Below are positions 52,481 through 64,000 of a stretch of 64,000 bases of DNA, one piece after another. The position numbers were made by a program, and so were the translations under genes. Source of the stretch: Ophelia neglecta (lineage: Eukaryota); the NCBI GenBank assembly GCA_965285935.1, contig OZ260661.1, forward strand, positions 46,438,001 to 46,502,000, in the 5' to 3' direction. Numbering within the stretch: position 1 is the stretch's first letter; every line of letters begins with the position of its first letter. The notes under the pieces are model-generated. The model saw only the letters and a program-made list of their open reading frames with translations. It ran no database searches and was not told the origin of the DNA.

Positions 52481-55400
52481 TTGAACACAAGTGGCCACCC
52501 AGCTCAAGTCAGGCATAATCAAAATATGCAACATTCCTTTTTTTCCCATCATCTTCATATTTGTTCCTGTCTGTTAGATCTGCTAAGTTGCAGCTGGTTG
52601 TACATACTTTTCTCTGATTATTGTGTTTCCTTGTCTATTGCACTGGCTTTGTCTGCCAGGCATCCAGTCCCCTTTCAACTCAAGAAACTTTCAACTTTTA
52701 TTTTGCTTTGCTGATGATGGGACGTTGGGGGTAGTCAGTCATTGCTATGAAGTGGAGGCCCTCCTTGGTCAGTTTATAGTATACTTGTTAGATACCACAG
52801 GAGATCCATGGAGAGAGTGCCATTACAGGATATTATAAGAAACCCAGTGATGGTGAGTAATGGCAGCAAGGACAATGGTCAACTACATTTTCATAATGAA
52901 TATTCACAACTCACTGGTCACCATTAAAGGAGATTAACTCTCTTCTGCTTCTCCCTGAAATATGCTATATATTATACCAGGAAAGAAGATGCTGATCTTT
53001 CCATCCGGGTAATCTTGAGTCAATAAATAAAATGTTTCATCTTGGAGGACACTGTAATCAATATTCATTAATTAGTAGCTGTTTTTTATACCTGGCACAT
53101 GAAAACCCCGAGAGAGCTGTCCTTTCTTTGCCCAGATATTAGCCATTATTTCTATCTAATTACTCATGACTATTTTGTCATATAAAAGCTATGTACTGAC
53201 ATTTCTGGATTATCTCTCTGGATGAAGGATTACATTCTTTCTATGGATTACCTGGGCGAATTAGGACGCTGTCTTTGTGTTTCGTACATCAAGACTGTGA
53301 TTATGCAACCGACCGATTACAACACATCTGATGGCTATTTGGCCCTTCACACATAGCTCGGAGCTCACTGCTGTCATTCATCATTGTCAAGGCGTCCAAA
53401 ACGGCAAAGAAGTTCAATTCAACTGCATACAAGGTATAGCATTGCAAGGAGTAGGCCAGCTAAATAAATGCTCATAGCATGGTCACAGGTTGGAGTTTTC
53501 AATTAAGTTTGATATCAAATGTCAATCCTGTTTGAATATTTCATGCTCAGATAACTACATTTGAATGCAATATACAACAGATGGACACCAAAAAATGACA
53601 CAACTAGTATCAAATATCAACAAATCTATGGCCATTTTAATTAATATTTAACTGAAGTGCCAGACTATATACTTCTAAATACACTAATCAATATGACTCA
53701 ACACTTCAGTTCAAACATGTCCTCCAATATCATTACATTTCAATTGAAGGGTCATTAATTCCTATCATATAAGTACAAAGGATTTCACCCAGGATGAAAC
53801 CAAAAATCAATAACATAACTGTTTTCCATACCAGTTGAAGTACATTTACCTGGCTAAGAATTTGGTATATATTTGTATATTCATTTTAAAAACTGGACAC
53901 AAATAGATATAGCATTACACACTTGAGAAATGAAAACTGTTGGAAAACATTTAAATTGCCCATTTATTCATGAAAACCATGAGGGCCAAGTAATTCCTAA
54001 TATTAAATATAATAAGAATCAGCTCATATCTCTCAGGGGGACTTCAAAAACATAAACATGGAATACTTCATCGCAATTACTACCCAGGGCAAAGTGAGGT
54101 TGGAAGAATTTGACATGGACAAAAACTGACATCACTGGGGTCCACTCTCAAGGATATCCGGAGCAGCCAGTGCCCAAGGGCACCACTCTGGGCTGAGGAC
54201 AGTCTCAAAGGCCCATTGGGTATTGAGAGGGGGAGCCCATCTCCTGTGGATGACCCTGGGGGCTTGGGATGGCCAGTAACGATGTTATCTCCTGGTAATA
54301 TTAGGCAGATGTAGGTCATGATCAATAACTGGGTAGATGGCTGACAGCATTGGAATCAACATCTAGACAAATTATATCTGATTTCTAGGTGTTGATGGAT
54401 GCCTCAAGGTCGCTGCCAGTGTCCAAGCTATGGCAGCAGTCTAATTTTGGCTAGCTGTCCACTCAGCTGTAAACCACACATTAATTTCTCATTGTTGTAG
54501 CATGAAACTTTTCCCAAAGCAGTCATACCCAAACACTGGCCACTGATCAAAGAATAATAAATTAATGTAATATACTGTGTGACCACTTGAATTGGTAACC
54601 AGGGCCATTGAGAATTACCACTGGATGAGCTTATTAGGACATCAAAAAAGTAAGGGCACATGAACCATGATAAAGATGAATGGACCAGACCTGAATACTG
54701 GCAAGAGTTAAACACTTGAAATGAAACATTTTTCATGACAATTGGTCCAATAACAACTGTTTTTCCAATTGCATTTGGAGAGAGCCCTGCTGAGACAACA
54801 AGTAGCCCTTCAAAGCACCAATCACACTGCTAATGAAACAGTTACATGATTTCTAGGCATTAGAAACAATTACGCCAACCATATCATTCATTTTGGCCAT
54901 AAAAAACAAGCTGTAAATTACCGGGACATGTCCACTAATTTGAGTTGGATATTATTCTCTAATGTGCTATTGCTCGAGTTTTGAGGAGTTCTTGTCGGTT
55001 CCAGAGTGGCTACTCATTAGTTTCAATGGATTTTCATGAAAATTTATCAACAGAACTTATTGCAATCCACTGCTACTTAATCTATTATCCTAATCTAATT
55101 CTTGTATTTGTCTTATCAAATTTGTAGCCGTTATTTCCTCCTTGTGGACCACCTAAGCCAGTAAGAATGGATGTGGCCTGGCTCTCTTTTGTCTCTGCTT
55201 TTTTCTGCTGTGTCACCATCACAGAGCACAATGATTATAGTAATGACAGCAATAGTACAAATGAAAGATGGGCAAATAAGCTGTTTATCCAGGGTTTCCT
55301 TGCACTAATCTAGGCAGGGCTAATAACTAATCTTGCATGGCAATGCGTCCCGCAAAAGTTCTCCTAATTTACAATGAAGGACCAAGAGTTAGGTAGGAAA

Positions 55401-56455
55401 AAAAGCTGTTCTATTGGCCCTCCACATGGGACATTCCAAACAATTGGCGCTGATTTATGTTTTGAAGGTTACATATTCAGGGTAGAAATGATGGTAGTAA
55501 TGGCATTAAAAGCATTGGCCCAAAATGGTCAACTCTCGCATTTCACAAACAGGATTATAAATCATGTCCTTTTTATCAAAAGCCTGGACTAGCAAGAGAC
55601 GCTTGTCGTCATCAACTACCAGCTTAGATCACGGACTGGCCCGAAGCCCGTTTTATCATCTTTTATTAATTTACCCTTTTGCTGTCGTAATTAAGAAACA
55701 ATGTAACAAATGTGAAGTTCTCATATTGGGTTCCAACAGGGGGCCGTATTTTGTGGCATGCCTTTTGATGGAAAACAATGGATGCCCACCGGGATGGTAT
55801 CCAGGGTAGTCTTCTTATAATTAAGTCTTAATATAGCCATTCTCTAATTAATGGTGTCAACTATTGCGGTTGGAGGATATCTGGCCATAAATATTTTCCT
55901 GTCAAATGGATTTCATTTCTAACTCATCATTCCTAGACGGGTCACAAAGAGCAACAAGTTTGACTTTCTTTTATTACTTTTCGGTAAGACTACTTTTCTT
56001 AACTGGTGCCTAGTATAACTAGCCATCTGGATGCACACTTTTGTAAGAATGATGAACTGAGTATTAAGAATGGCATTCCCCCAATGTATGGCCACTGAAT
56101 CAGTTCACTTCATAATCATTGCTGAAAGAAGTCAAACTGCAAGTTAATAAATGTATAATATCTGCATTTCATTCTGAGCTGTACATGCCAATAGAATCTT
56201 AGAAACAAGCTTGAAATAAGCAGTTAAATTTTAAGCTCTTGAAAGTTATCAAGTTGAAATTCAGGTTTCCATCTGTCATTACCAGAAAATATTCTTTTGA
56301 AGATTTTTAAACCACACTTTTCAGTAATTTGTACATGCACATATTTTATACTATCAAGCTGTTGCATAATTTATTGCTCCATGAATTTTTCTACATGAGA
56401 ATAATTTTAAAATATCTGCTCTTTTGAGTTATACTTACTGAATAATATAAAAAAT

Positions 56456-56538
56456 TGATCCATCACTCAAACCAAAAGATGCGAACTTTAGGTTTGAGTG
56501 ATGGATCAGTCAAACCTAAAGTTCGCATCTTTTGGTTT
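56456..56538. repeat. Two interlocking perfect inverted repeats (18-bp and 29-bp stems)
   Basis: 56456-56473 is the exact reverse complement of 56491-56508, and 56469-56497 is the exact reverse complement of 56510-56538. Confidence 0.95.
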
Positions 56539-57902
56539 CTGATTAGCTCACAACTCATTTCTAAATTATATCAGCACCAATGAATATAGAAAAATTTACC
56601 ATTATATAAAGGTCAATTTCAAATTGCAGTTTACCATCTTCCTCACAGTGTTTGACTTTAAATATTCATCTTTCCACCTTTGAAGTTGACTTGAAGTGAT
56701 GCAGCCTGCTTTGCAATGTGTCCTTACTGTAGCACCATTTGAAAAAGTTCTTTAAGTCTATCTTCCAAAAGGGAGCCAGAAGTCAAAGAAAGCATTTAGA
56801 AACGCAAGGCCCCCACCCATAAAAGGGATGGTCTGACATCAGAGAGCACAACTCACAGAGTCAAGAGCAGCTCCCAGGAACACCCCCCCCCCCCCCCCCC
56901 AGAAAATTGACTGATATGGTTAGAAACGCTAATTAATTAAACTAGACATCCTTGACACCCCTTTTGACCCCACCCTTCAGGTTTTGACAAAGTCCTAAAG
57001 CCATCCCTCCCCCCCTGCCCCTCCCCCAACCAAATGTGCTTTTGCTAAAAACAGTTAAAATTGCCTAAAATGACGAGAAAAACAAAAATTTTGAAAATGT
57101 TGCCAGAAAAAAATACCCCCGCACAAAATATTTTTCTTGGTAAAAAAACTTAAAATTGCCTGAAATAGCAAGAAAAAGTTTGACATTTTTTGCCAATGAC
57201 AATTTTTAGTTTTGCATTGCTATGGCCGATATACCATACCTGTGGAATATAGTAATTGTGGGCCTAACGGTTGCTGAGCTATAGCCAAAACAAATGGCGG
57301 CGGCGGGGTGCCGGCGCCTCCAAAGCCGGCAGTAGCCCTGGCAGAGGACATGGCCCAATACATATCCCCCACTATTTTCTAAAATAGGGCGAGGGACAAG
57401 AACTGAACAGTTCAAATTGAAGGCTTCCATCACCATTGCAGTGTGTGATACACCACATGTTCCTAATCTCTTTAATACAACTCAGCTATTTGAATGAAGA
57501 AAGAATTTATATAGTCTATTTTTTTAATTTTATTTGATATGGCAACCAAATTTGATCATATGTCCTCCACGAGTTTGTCATTTCATCTGTATCACCACTT
57601 CCCTATTAATTTCAGCCCTGATACTAAATCTTCAAATGCTTTATTTTTCTGGTGAAACTTGTCTGTTCACTACAGGATTACTTTAACCAAGTTTTGCTGG
57701 CATTTCATTACTGGCCAGTTTCATTGCTGGCCATAAACATCTGAACACAAATGTTATTTCCGAGCATCTTTTGTGGGATGGCCATTTTGCATAAGGATAG
57801 CGCAGGTTACCAACAGTCAATGAACCTCTGATTAAATGCATGGAAAAACCTGAAATAAAAACAAGTATTTGTGCAATCCTATGAAGTGTAATGAGGGAAA
57901 AA

Positions 57903-58040
57903 TACAGTCAAACCTGTGTTAATGGTCACCTGTGTAATCAGGTCACCTGTTTATTCTTTTTCAGCCCCTTCCCAATTAAGTCCATGTAACTTAACATGTC
58001 TAGTCAGGTCACCTTGCTAATGTGGCCACTTTTAGCCAGT
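57903..58040 (+). mobile_element. Truncated Tc1/mariner (pogo/Tigger-like) MITE end
   Basis: TA followed by CAGTCAAACCTGTGTTAATGGTCACCTG, with internal GGTCACC/GGCCAC sub-repeats typical of these MITE termini. No matching opposite end seen. Confidence 0.45.
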
Positions 58041-61000
58041 CATTTTATCAATGTAAGCAATTATATGATACAAGTAATCACATGAAAGAAGTCCAATTGG
58101 CTCAGAAATGATTATTTGGTACCATGGAATACAATATATTGGCTGTAAACAATACCTACACCATCATTTTCAGCGGTGCTGAGTGATGCTATTTTCTATA
58201 CCTTGACCATGACTGTGTACAGGACACTAGCAGGAAGCATCAAAGTACCTCGATACCATAACTACTTACATGTATATAGGCATTTCAAAACAAATAAACA
58301 TCTCAAAGAAAGCAATGTACTGACATTATAAGGATTTGTTGTCAAGAATTTATGAGAATTATAATTTATGTATTAGAACTGTATTTAATTTTCATTGTTA
58401 TAAAGCTATTAGGAGGTTTTCTGAAGCAGGGTCCCAAAATACAAACAGACATTATTACATTGGAGACCATGTGGCATAACACTTCTTCAAATAATCCAAT
58501 AAAACAAATCTAATAAGATAAAGAGTTGCGAGTAAATTGTTAAAATTGTCACCTGTCGGTACATGTACAGCCGTACCAGTTGCCAATCATTTATATTTTC
58601 TTTCCTCTTATACAATCCATTCTAATAGATTTAAATCTGCACAAACATAATCATAATTTTGAAAAATCCTGAAATTGGGTACTGCCTGATGGACATTGTC
58701 AAGTGTCTGCTCCATCATGGTCACTCAATGACACAACTTGATTCATTCACTGCAGCTTATGACATAGGGCCTCCTCAGTGACAAGATGTTTGTATTTTAC
58801 TCTCATTCAGGCCCCTCTCCGGCATGTTTCATATGACACATCAGCCGTCTCACAGTAAATGACACAGTTCAAGTTTTTCTTGACCTGTCAGTGGTTGTAA
58901 ATCCATGGCTCCTGTGTCTAAGTACCTCTCCCTCCCCCCATCAACATTACCAGCTGCTGACGCAACTTTTCTCCCTTTTTTAAGTGCTATTGTGCAATCA
59001 GGTCACCTAATAAGCAGTTGAAGTTAGCCAATTCTAGGTAGAACAACACCAATTTCATAAATATATGGGCAATATTGGCTACCTTCTAGGATAAAATGGC
59101 ATCACAATATATAAAGAATAATAATTACTATGAAATGAAGGGAATCCAAGTTTCTCAGTCAGGCTCTGAATTAAGGGGTGAATAAGAGATGAATAAGAGG
59201 TCACAGTTAAAATCATGGTTAAAAGAATATTGCTCGCATGACTTCCTATTGGTGTTAAGCACATTTGAAGAATTTGTAGTCCTACAAATGCCTTTTTGCT
59301 CTGACTTGTCTTCTCAAGTTTAACTTAAAAGAGCTTTTAGTCAGATTAAAAGACAATATTTTTTCCTTCCATATTTAGTTCCTTTGAGTGGTCAATACAT
59401 TTGATATTTCTATTTATGTTGTTAAGCCATCAGAAGACATGTAGAAATCAACTCCACATTTGACAGTTTGTGGTATCTTGCTTCTAGAATAACACCTTTT
59501 CAATTCTAATCAAAATGCATCAGTATTTCTCATGTTTTCAATCAAAGTGACACAATTTTTATAATCACTCAACTAATGAAGCACACTTAGTGACTTGAGA
59601 CATCGGGAAATTCCACACATATGGCATATAGGGAATGGGAATTTTTTAAGGTATGTGGCGATAGTTGGCTTTGCCAATGCTACTTCTGTTACAGCAATAG
59701 ACTTACAAAAGCTTGTAAACAAGATTAAGAAAAAATAAATGGGTTGTAGGCTGAAAGTGACTGGGAGGAAACGTTATAGGCTTAACATGAACAGATAAAC
59801 TTTAGGTGGAAATCAGAATACAATACTTATAGCCATTGCAAAAGCAAACAAAAATGCAACAGTAAAACAGTGAGTGAATCTTTTTTCTTTTCTCACCATT
59901 TCAGTCAAACAATTGGAGATGGGGTGGGATGAGACTCTTTAACTGATTGGCAAAAATATGGGTTAGAAGTTTTGGGGACTTTGTCTTTTTTGATGTCTGC
60001 AAAATAATCTTTATGAACTGCATGACCCAGCCCACTCTATCACATTAAAAAATTATTTAGGAACATAGGCTATCAACTCCAATTGAACTCTAAAATGTTG
60101 CTAAATGAAAAATTATTTAAACACCACCCACTTTATGGGAAGTGTGGCTTTCCTATTATACATTCTTGTGTTCCTCTTACTCGTGCATTAATAAAGACTA
60201 AAATAAGTATTTGCTATTTGACATTGAAGATTAAGTCCAAGGTCAAAAGTTACCATCAGAGGCACAGCTTATTGATTCTTATAACATAATTATGTTTTAA
60301 TATATATCTGCATAATTAGAGTAAATAATATTTATTTGGGTTATGTGACCTTAAAACTAAATGCCATAGTTAATCTTTTTAGTTTTCTACAATTGTGAAA
60401 TTCTTACTGCAGAAATTAAATCAGAAATATTTATTTAGTAACTAGACCTAGGAAATATATCTCATTGCACAATATGAGGAGGTCATCATTTTTTCAAAAC
60501 ATACATGTATATTCATGGTGTTTTATTATCTAAATGTATTCCGAATGTTAATCTGCTAAAACAAAAATATGTTTGGGTGATCATAAGAGCTTCACTACTA
60601 TATAAGGAAGTTGTTTAGGCAAATAAAACTGCCTACAAGCTACATTTTTCATCAAAATTCAATCCAATGAGAAATCAACACATGTATCTTAAAAATTGTA
60701 GATACTATTGTACATGGAATCCTTTTAAATATAACCCCAATGCAACTGAAACAGTTCAATAGATTAGTCATTTTAACTAAACAAATATGTCATGCTTAAC
60801 TTGAAACTGGAATTAAGCCCGGTCAGATTCTTTAAAAAGATATTTTTCGGTATGCAATATACCATATGATTGATAGACTAATATCAGCAATTTCTGTTTA
60901 TTGATTATTGATTTTTCATGTTATTAAAATTCTACTGATAAGTTTAAAGAACAGGTAATATATCCATTTATAGACAACTGTTGGAGAGGTTAATTTACAA

Positions 61001-64000
61001 GTGAAATCTCCACACTAAATATGTAATTTAGTATGGTGTGAATGAATTCAACATTGTTAGAATGACAGAATAGTTTCAGATTTTATATTAATTTTATTGA
61101 TATTTTTACTGCTTTATTCTTGCTTTGTTAATTTAAAAAAACTTTGGCAATTGTCTGCTGGCAGTTTGAAGTTGAGTTTTGGAAATTAACAGCCCTCATC
61201 TGCTTATATCTATTAAAAATTCTAAGGAATAGGATGGGTCTCCTGAAATTGTATAAAAAGTAAACAGGACACCCCTATGACACCCCAAGAAACTCCAAGA
61301 GGTGAAAGGGTGACAATAGGTAAACGACCTATTAGTTCCTATTTGTGGTTAATATTCATTACGTATGCCCATATTGCACCATTGAGCAAATGATCTTTAT
61401 GTTGACAAAACAGCTTTCTTAATTTGACAGGGAAAAAGAGGCCAAAGTCAAGTTAACATTCATAGTCATCATTAGGTTTCTTGCATAGTTATGACCTTCT
61501 TTAAGTGTTCAATACAATTACCACACTCTATGCAAATTTTCCTGGATTCTGGTGGCCATTTTGTATTATCAAAATGATTCATAAACTAATCAGATGGTAT
61601 CGTGAGACAAGGGATTATGAACACCAATTGTTGCAGCAGCCAATATGTTTTTGAATCTAACTGCTCACAGATAATGACAGAGATATTATGTTCATAAGCA
61701 ATGTCACCAAGTTTAATAAAGATTGGATAATAATTAGTTAGTTATTGTATGGATCACTTATTGGATGCCGCTGAAGCCAACGCCAGTGTCATTTTATTCA
61801 TCAGATCTGGCTGGTTATTGTGCTTGGCCAAAAAAAAATCGTCACCAACTTTCATACAAATTGGACAATGAGTACTCAAGTCATTATCTGGACACCACAT
61901 CAAGAGATGATGCTGCTGATGCTGCAAATAGTGGTCCTTATATTCTAACTTTCCAGCAACACAAAAACTTTAGCAAGTTCAATTGCATTCTCTGCCATAA
62001 TTATTTAGTTAATGGAAAGTAAGAAAGGATGTGTATATGGTTTACATCATGTATCAATTCCATTCAGTTCGATTCATAGCAAGCCTCCCCTATTGTAAAC
62101 AACACATTAGCAATGTATGAACATGACATAGCTGGGTGCTACACCATCAGCTAGAAAAGTATTAATAGGATTTAGAAGTTAAATTTGATGGGTGTCTTCA
62201 TCTTGAATTACATGACATTGTAGCTAAATTTATATATAGCACTGTGGCTTTGTTGATTCCAAGAAAAGCCACTTTCCAGGATATCATCCTCTGAGAGATG
62301 AATTTGTCATGTAAGTTGGTTTGATAAGCGGAAAAACTATTGAAACTGAAACACTGACACCTCAAACAAAACCATATTGTTTTCTGAGTTCTGAATCCTC
62401 CTATATACATGTGTAAGAAACCATCAACAATTCCAGCGGAACATGAGACCATGACAAGAAACAATGTTACCAGTGTTCATCTTGAATCCTCTCCTAGGGA
62501 TGGCATACATGGATATCCAGGGGTGAGCCCAGGGTTAAGCAATTGATAAACACACAAATGGCTTGGTTTTTATTGTTTCTGACTGTTATTGTCTTTTATA
62601 AAAAACATTTGGTGCAATTTAGGCTTTTTGATAAATATCTAAAAACACTTTTAAGGTTTGACTTAAAAGTGATAAAAACAGACTGAAAGCTAAGTTAGAA
62701 AAAACTATATTCAACAGGAAAAACCAAAAATAATATCACATATATCAGAGAACAATTATTGTTTGAACACAAGGCATTTAGAAATTAAAAACTGCATAAA
62801 TTATAATGCAGCCCCCCCCCCCCCCTCCCCTCTCAATTAAAAGGGGCAGCATACATGTCTGTTGTAAGGTCCACATCTGGCAAAGCCAAAACAGGAGTGT
62901 TATTGCATACATGTGTTTTTAATTAAGATAATAGGGACAGGATAAATGTCTGTCAGAAGCTTCACACCTGAAGAAGGCAGATCAAGGCAACACAACTGCA
63001 AAATGAAGATTCCTGTAGCCTTCAAAAGTAGTTCTAAGCTACCGTATTGATGCACATATAAGCACATGTGCCTATACGTGAATTTCTGCTTCGTGCATGC
63101 GCCTATATTTGAATATAGTGCACTTTAATAGTGGTTTCCTATAGGCTCTCAGTCTCATTCAAGCCTTCGGTTGCAAAAAAAGTTCATGAATACAGTAATC
63201 TGATCTTGAAAATCTACTTCAAGGTCTAATCTGAGAACACAATACGAAGCACAAACTGTAGTTTCCTACAGGCGGCTTATGCAGTTTGAGGCTCTACCAG
63301 TAAAAAAAATAGAGAGCGAAGCCATGGTTTTAGTGAATTGACTAGAAAAAATACACACCAAGGTTCAATCTGAAAACTACTACTAATAAAACCAAGAAAA
63401 TGTGCTTGGTAATAAGTTGCCAGTGTTGTTCTATGTTCAATTTGCAATTATTAATGCAGAAATCCTCGTTTCATATTCTGACCTTGAAAATGAAGGTTGC
63501 GAACAAATCTGACAACATCATTGGACTCAAGGCTGCAATACTACAATACTATAGTGATTCTAGGCCTACAGGCATTTGATAGAACTCTGAGTACATATAA
63601 AATTTAGTCATTTTTCCATGGCTACTAAAAAATTTCAGAATTCTTTAAAAGTTAATGAGTTCATGGTATAGTATAGGTGCTTTGCATCATAAATTTCAGG
63701 GCTGTACCTGTAATACTTTCCGCTGTTTTGCTCTAGAGAGTATGGTCATTAACCTTTTCTACCCCAATCAGTAGTAGTGGTAGTAGCAGTAAGCTCATAA
63801 AAAGCACCCCAAAAAATTTTCAACAATAATGCCAACATTGTTTCTCAGTTTCTGTGCTTAGTTATAGCCAAAACAATAGTATCCATCAGCAAGACCTGCC
63901 GGCATGCCTCGAGGACTAATACATAACCCCTCATTTGTCTCCAAAAAGGTTGGGGGTTAAAAAGTTAAAACCTAGTTGAACACTCATTGCACATCTTGGC

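Noticed and set aside
57291-57345. GC-rich CAAATGGCGGCGGCGG (YY1-like) patch as a promoter
   Set aside because: Very short and embedded in a repeat-like segment with internal duplications (57055-57082 versus 57150-57177); no associated exon seen.
36600-64000. Second protein-coding gene among the many 60-100-aa ORFs
   Set aside because: None shows a recognisable domain, coding-like composition or a consistent splice-site chain. Small exons of a neighbouring gene cannot be excluded by eye.

Overview
AT-rich, intron-rich metazoan genomic DNA, most likely a lophotrochozoan invertebrate judging from the SINE type and the invertebrate-style last zinc finger. There is one protein-coding gene on the + strand, a BCL11 (BCL11A/B, CTIP, Chronophage-like) zinc-finger transcription factor. 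Two exons are well supported: 16485-16883 (N-terminal CCHC finger) and 28951-31397 (six further fingers and the stop). They join in frame through a phase-1 intron. A candidate upstream exon (ATG 358 to a consensus donor after 514) is also phase-compatible and would give a 1000-aa protein without the canonical MSRRKQ NuRD-binding N-terminus, which I could not find in the window. The protein keeps the NR2E/F-binding YSRRLREL motif and the KRxKxE NLS/SUMO motif, and it also carries two PTDLS CtBP-type motifs. The probable ~5 kb 3'UTR has three perfect 8-mer miR-183/263a seed sites and several K-boxes. The rest is intron and downstream gene desert. It contains a TSD-flanked tRNA-derived SINE, a 1.5-kb TTAA-type element with long TIRs, several minisatellites, an interlocking double inverted repeat, candidate homeodomain enhancers and a 204-N assembly gap. 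I found no prokaryotic system, CRISPR array or RNA gene. All analysis was done by eye.
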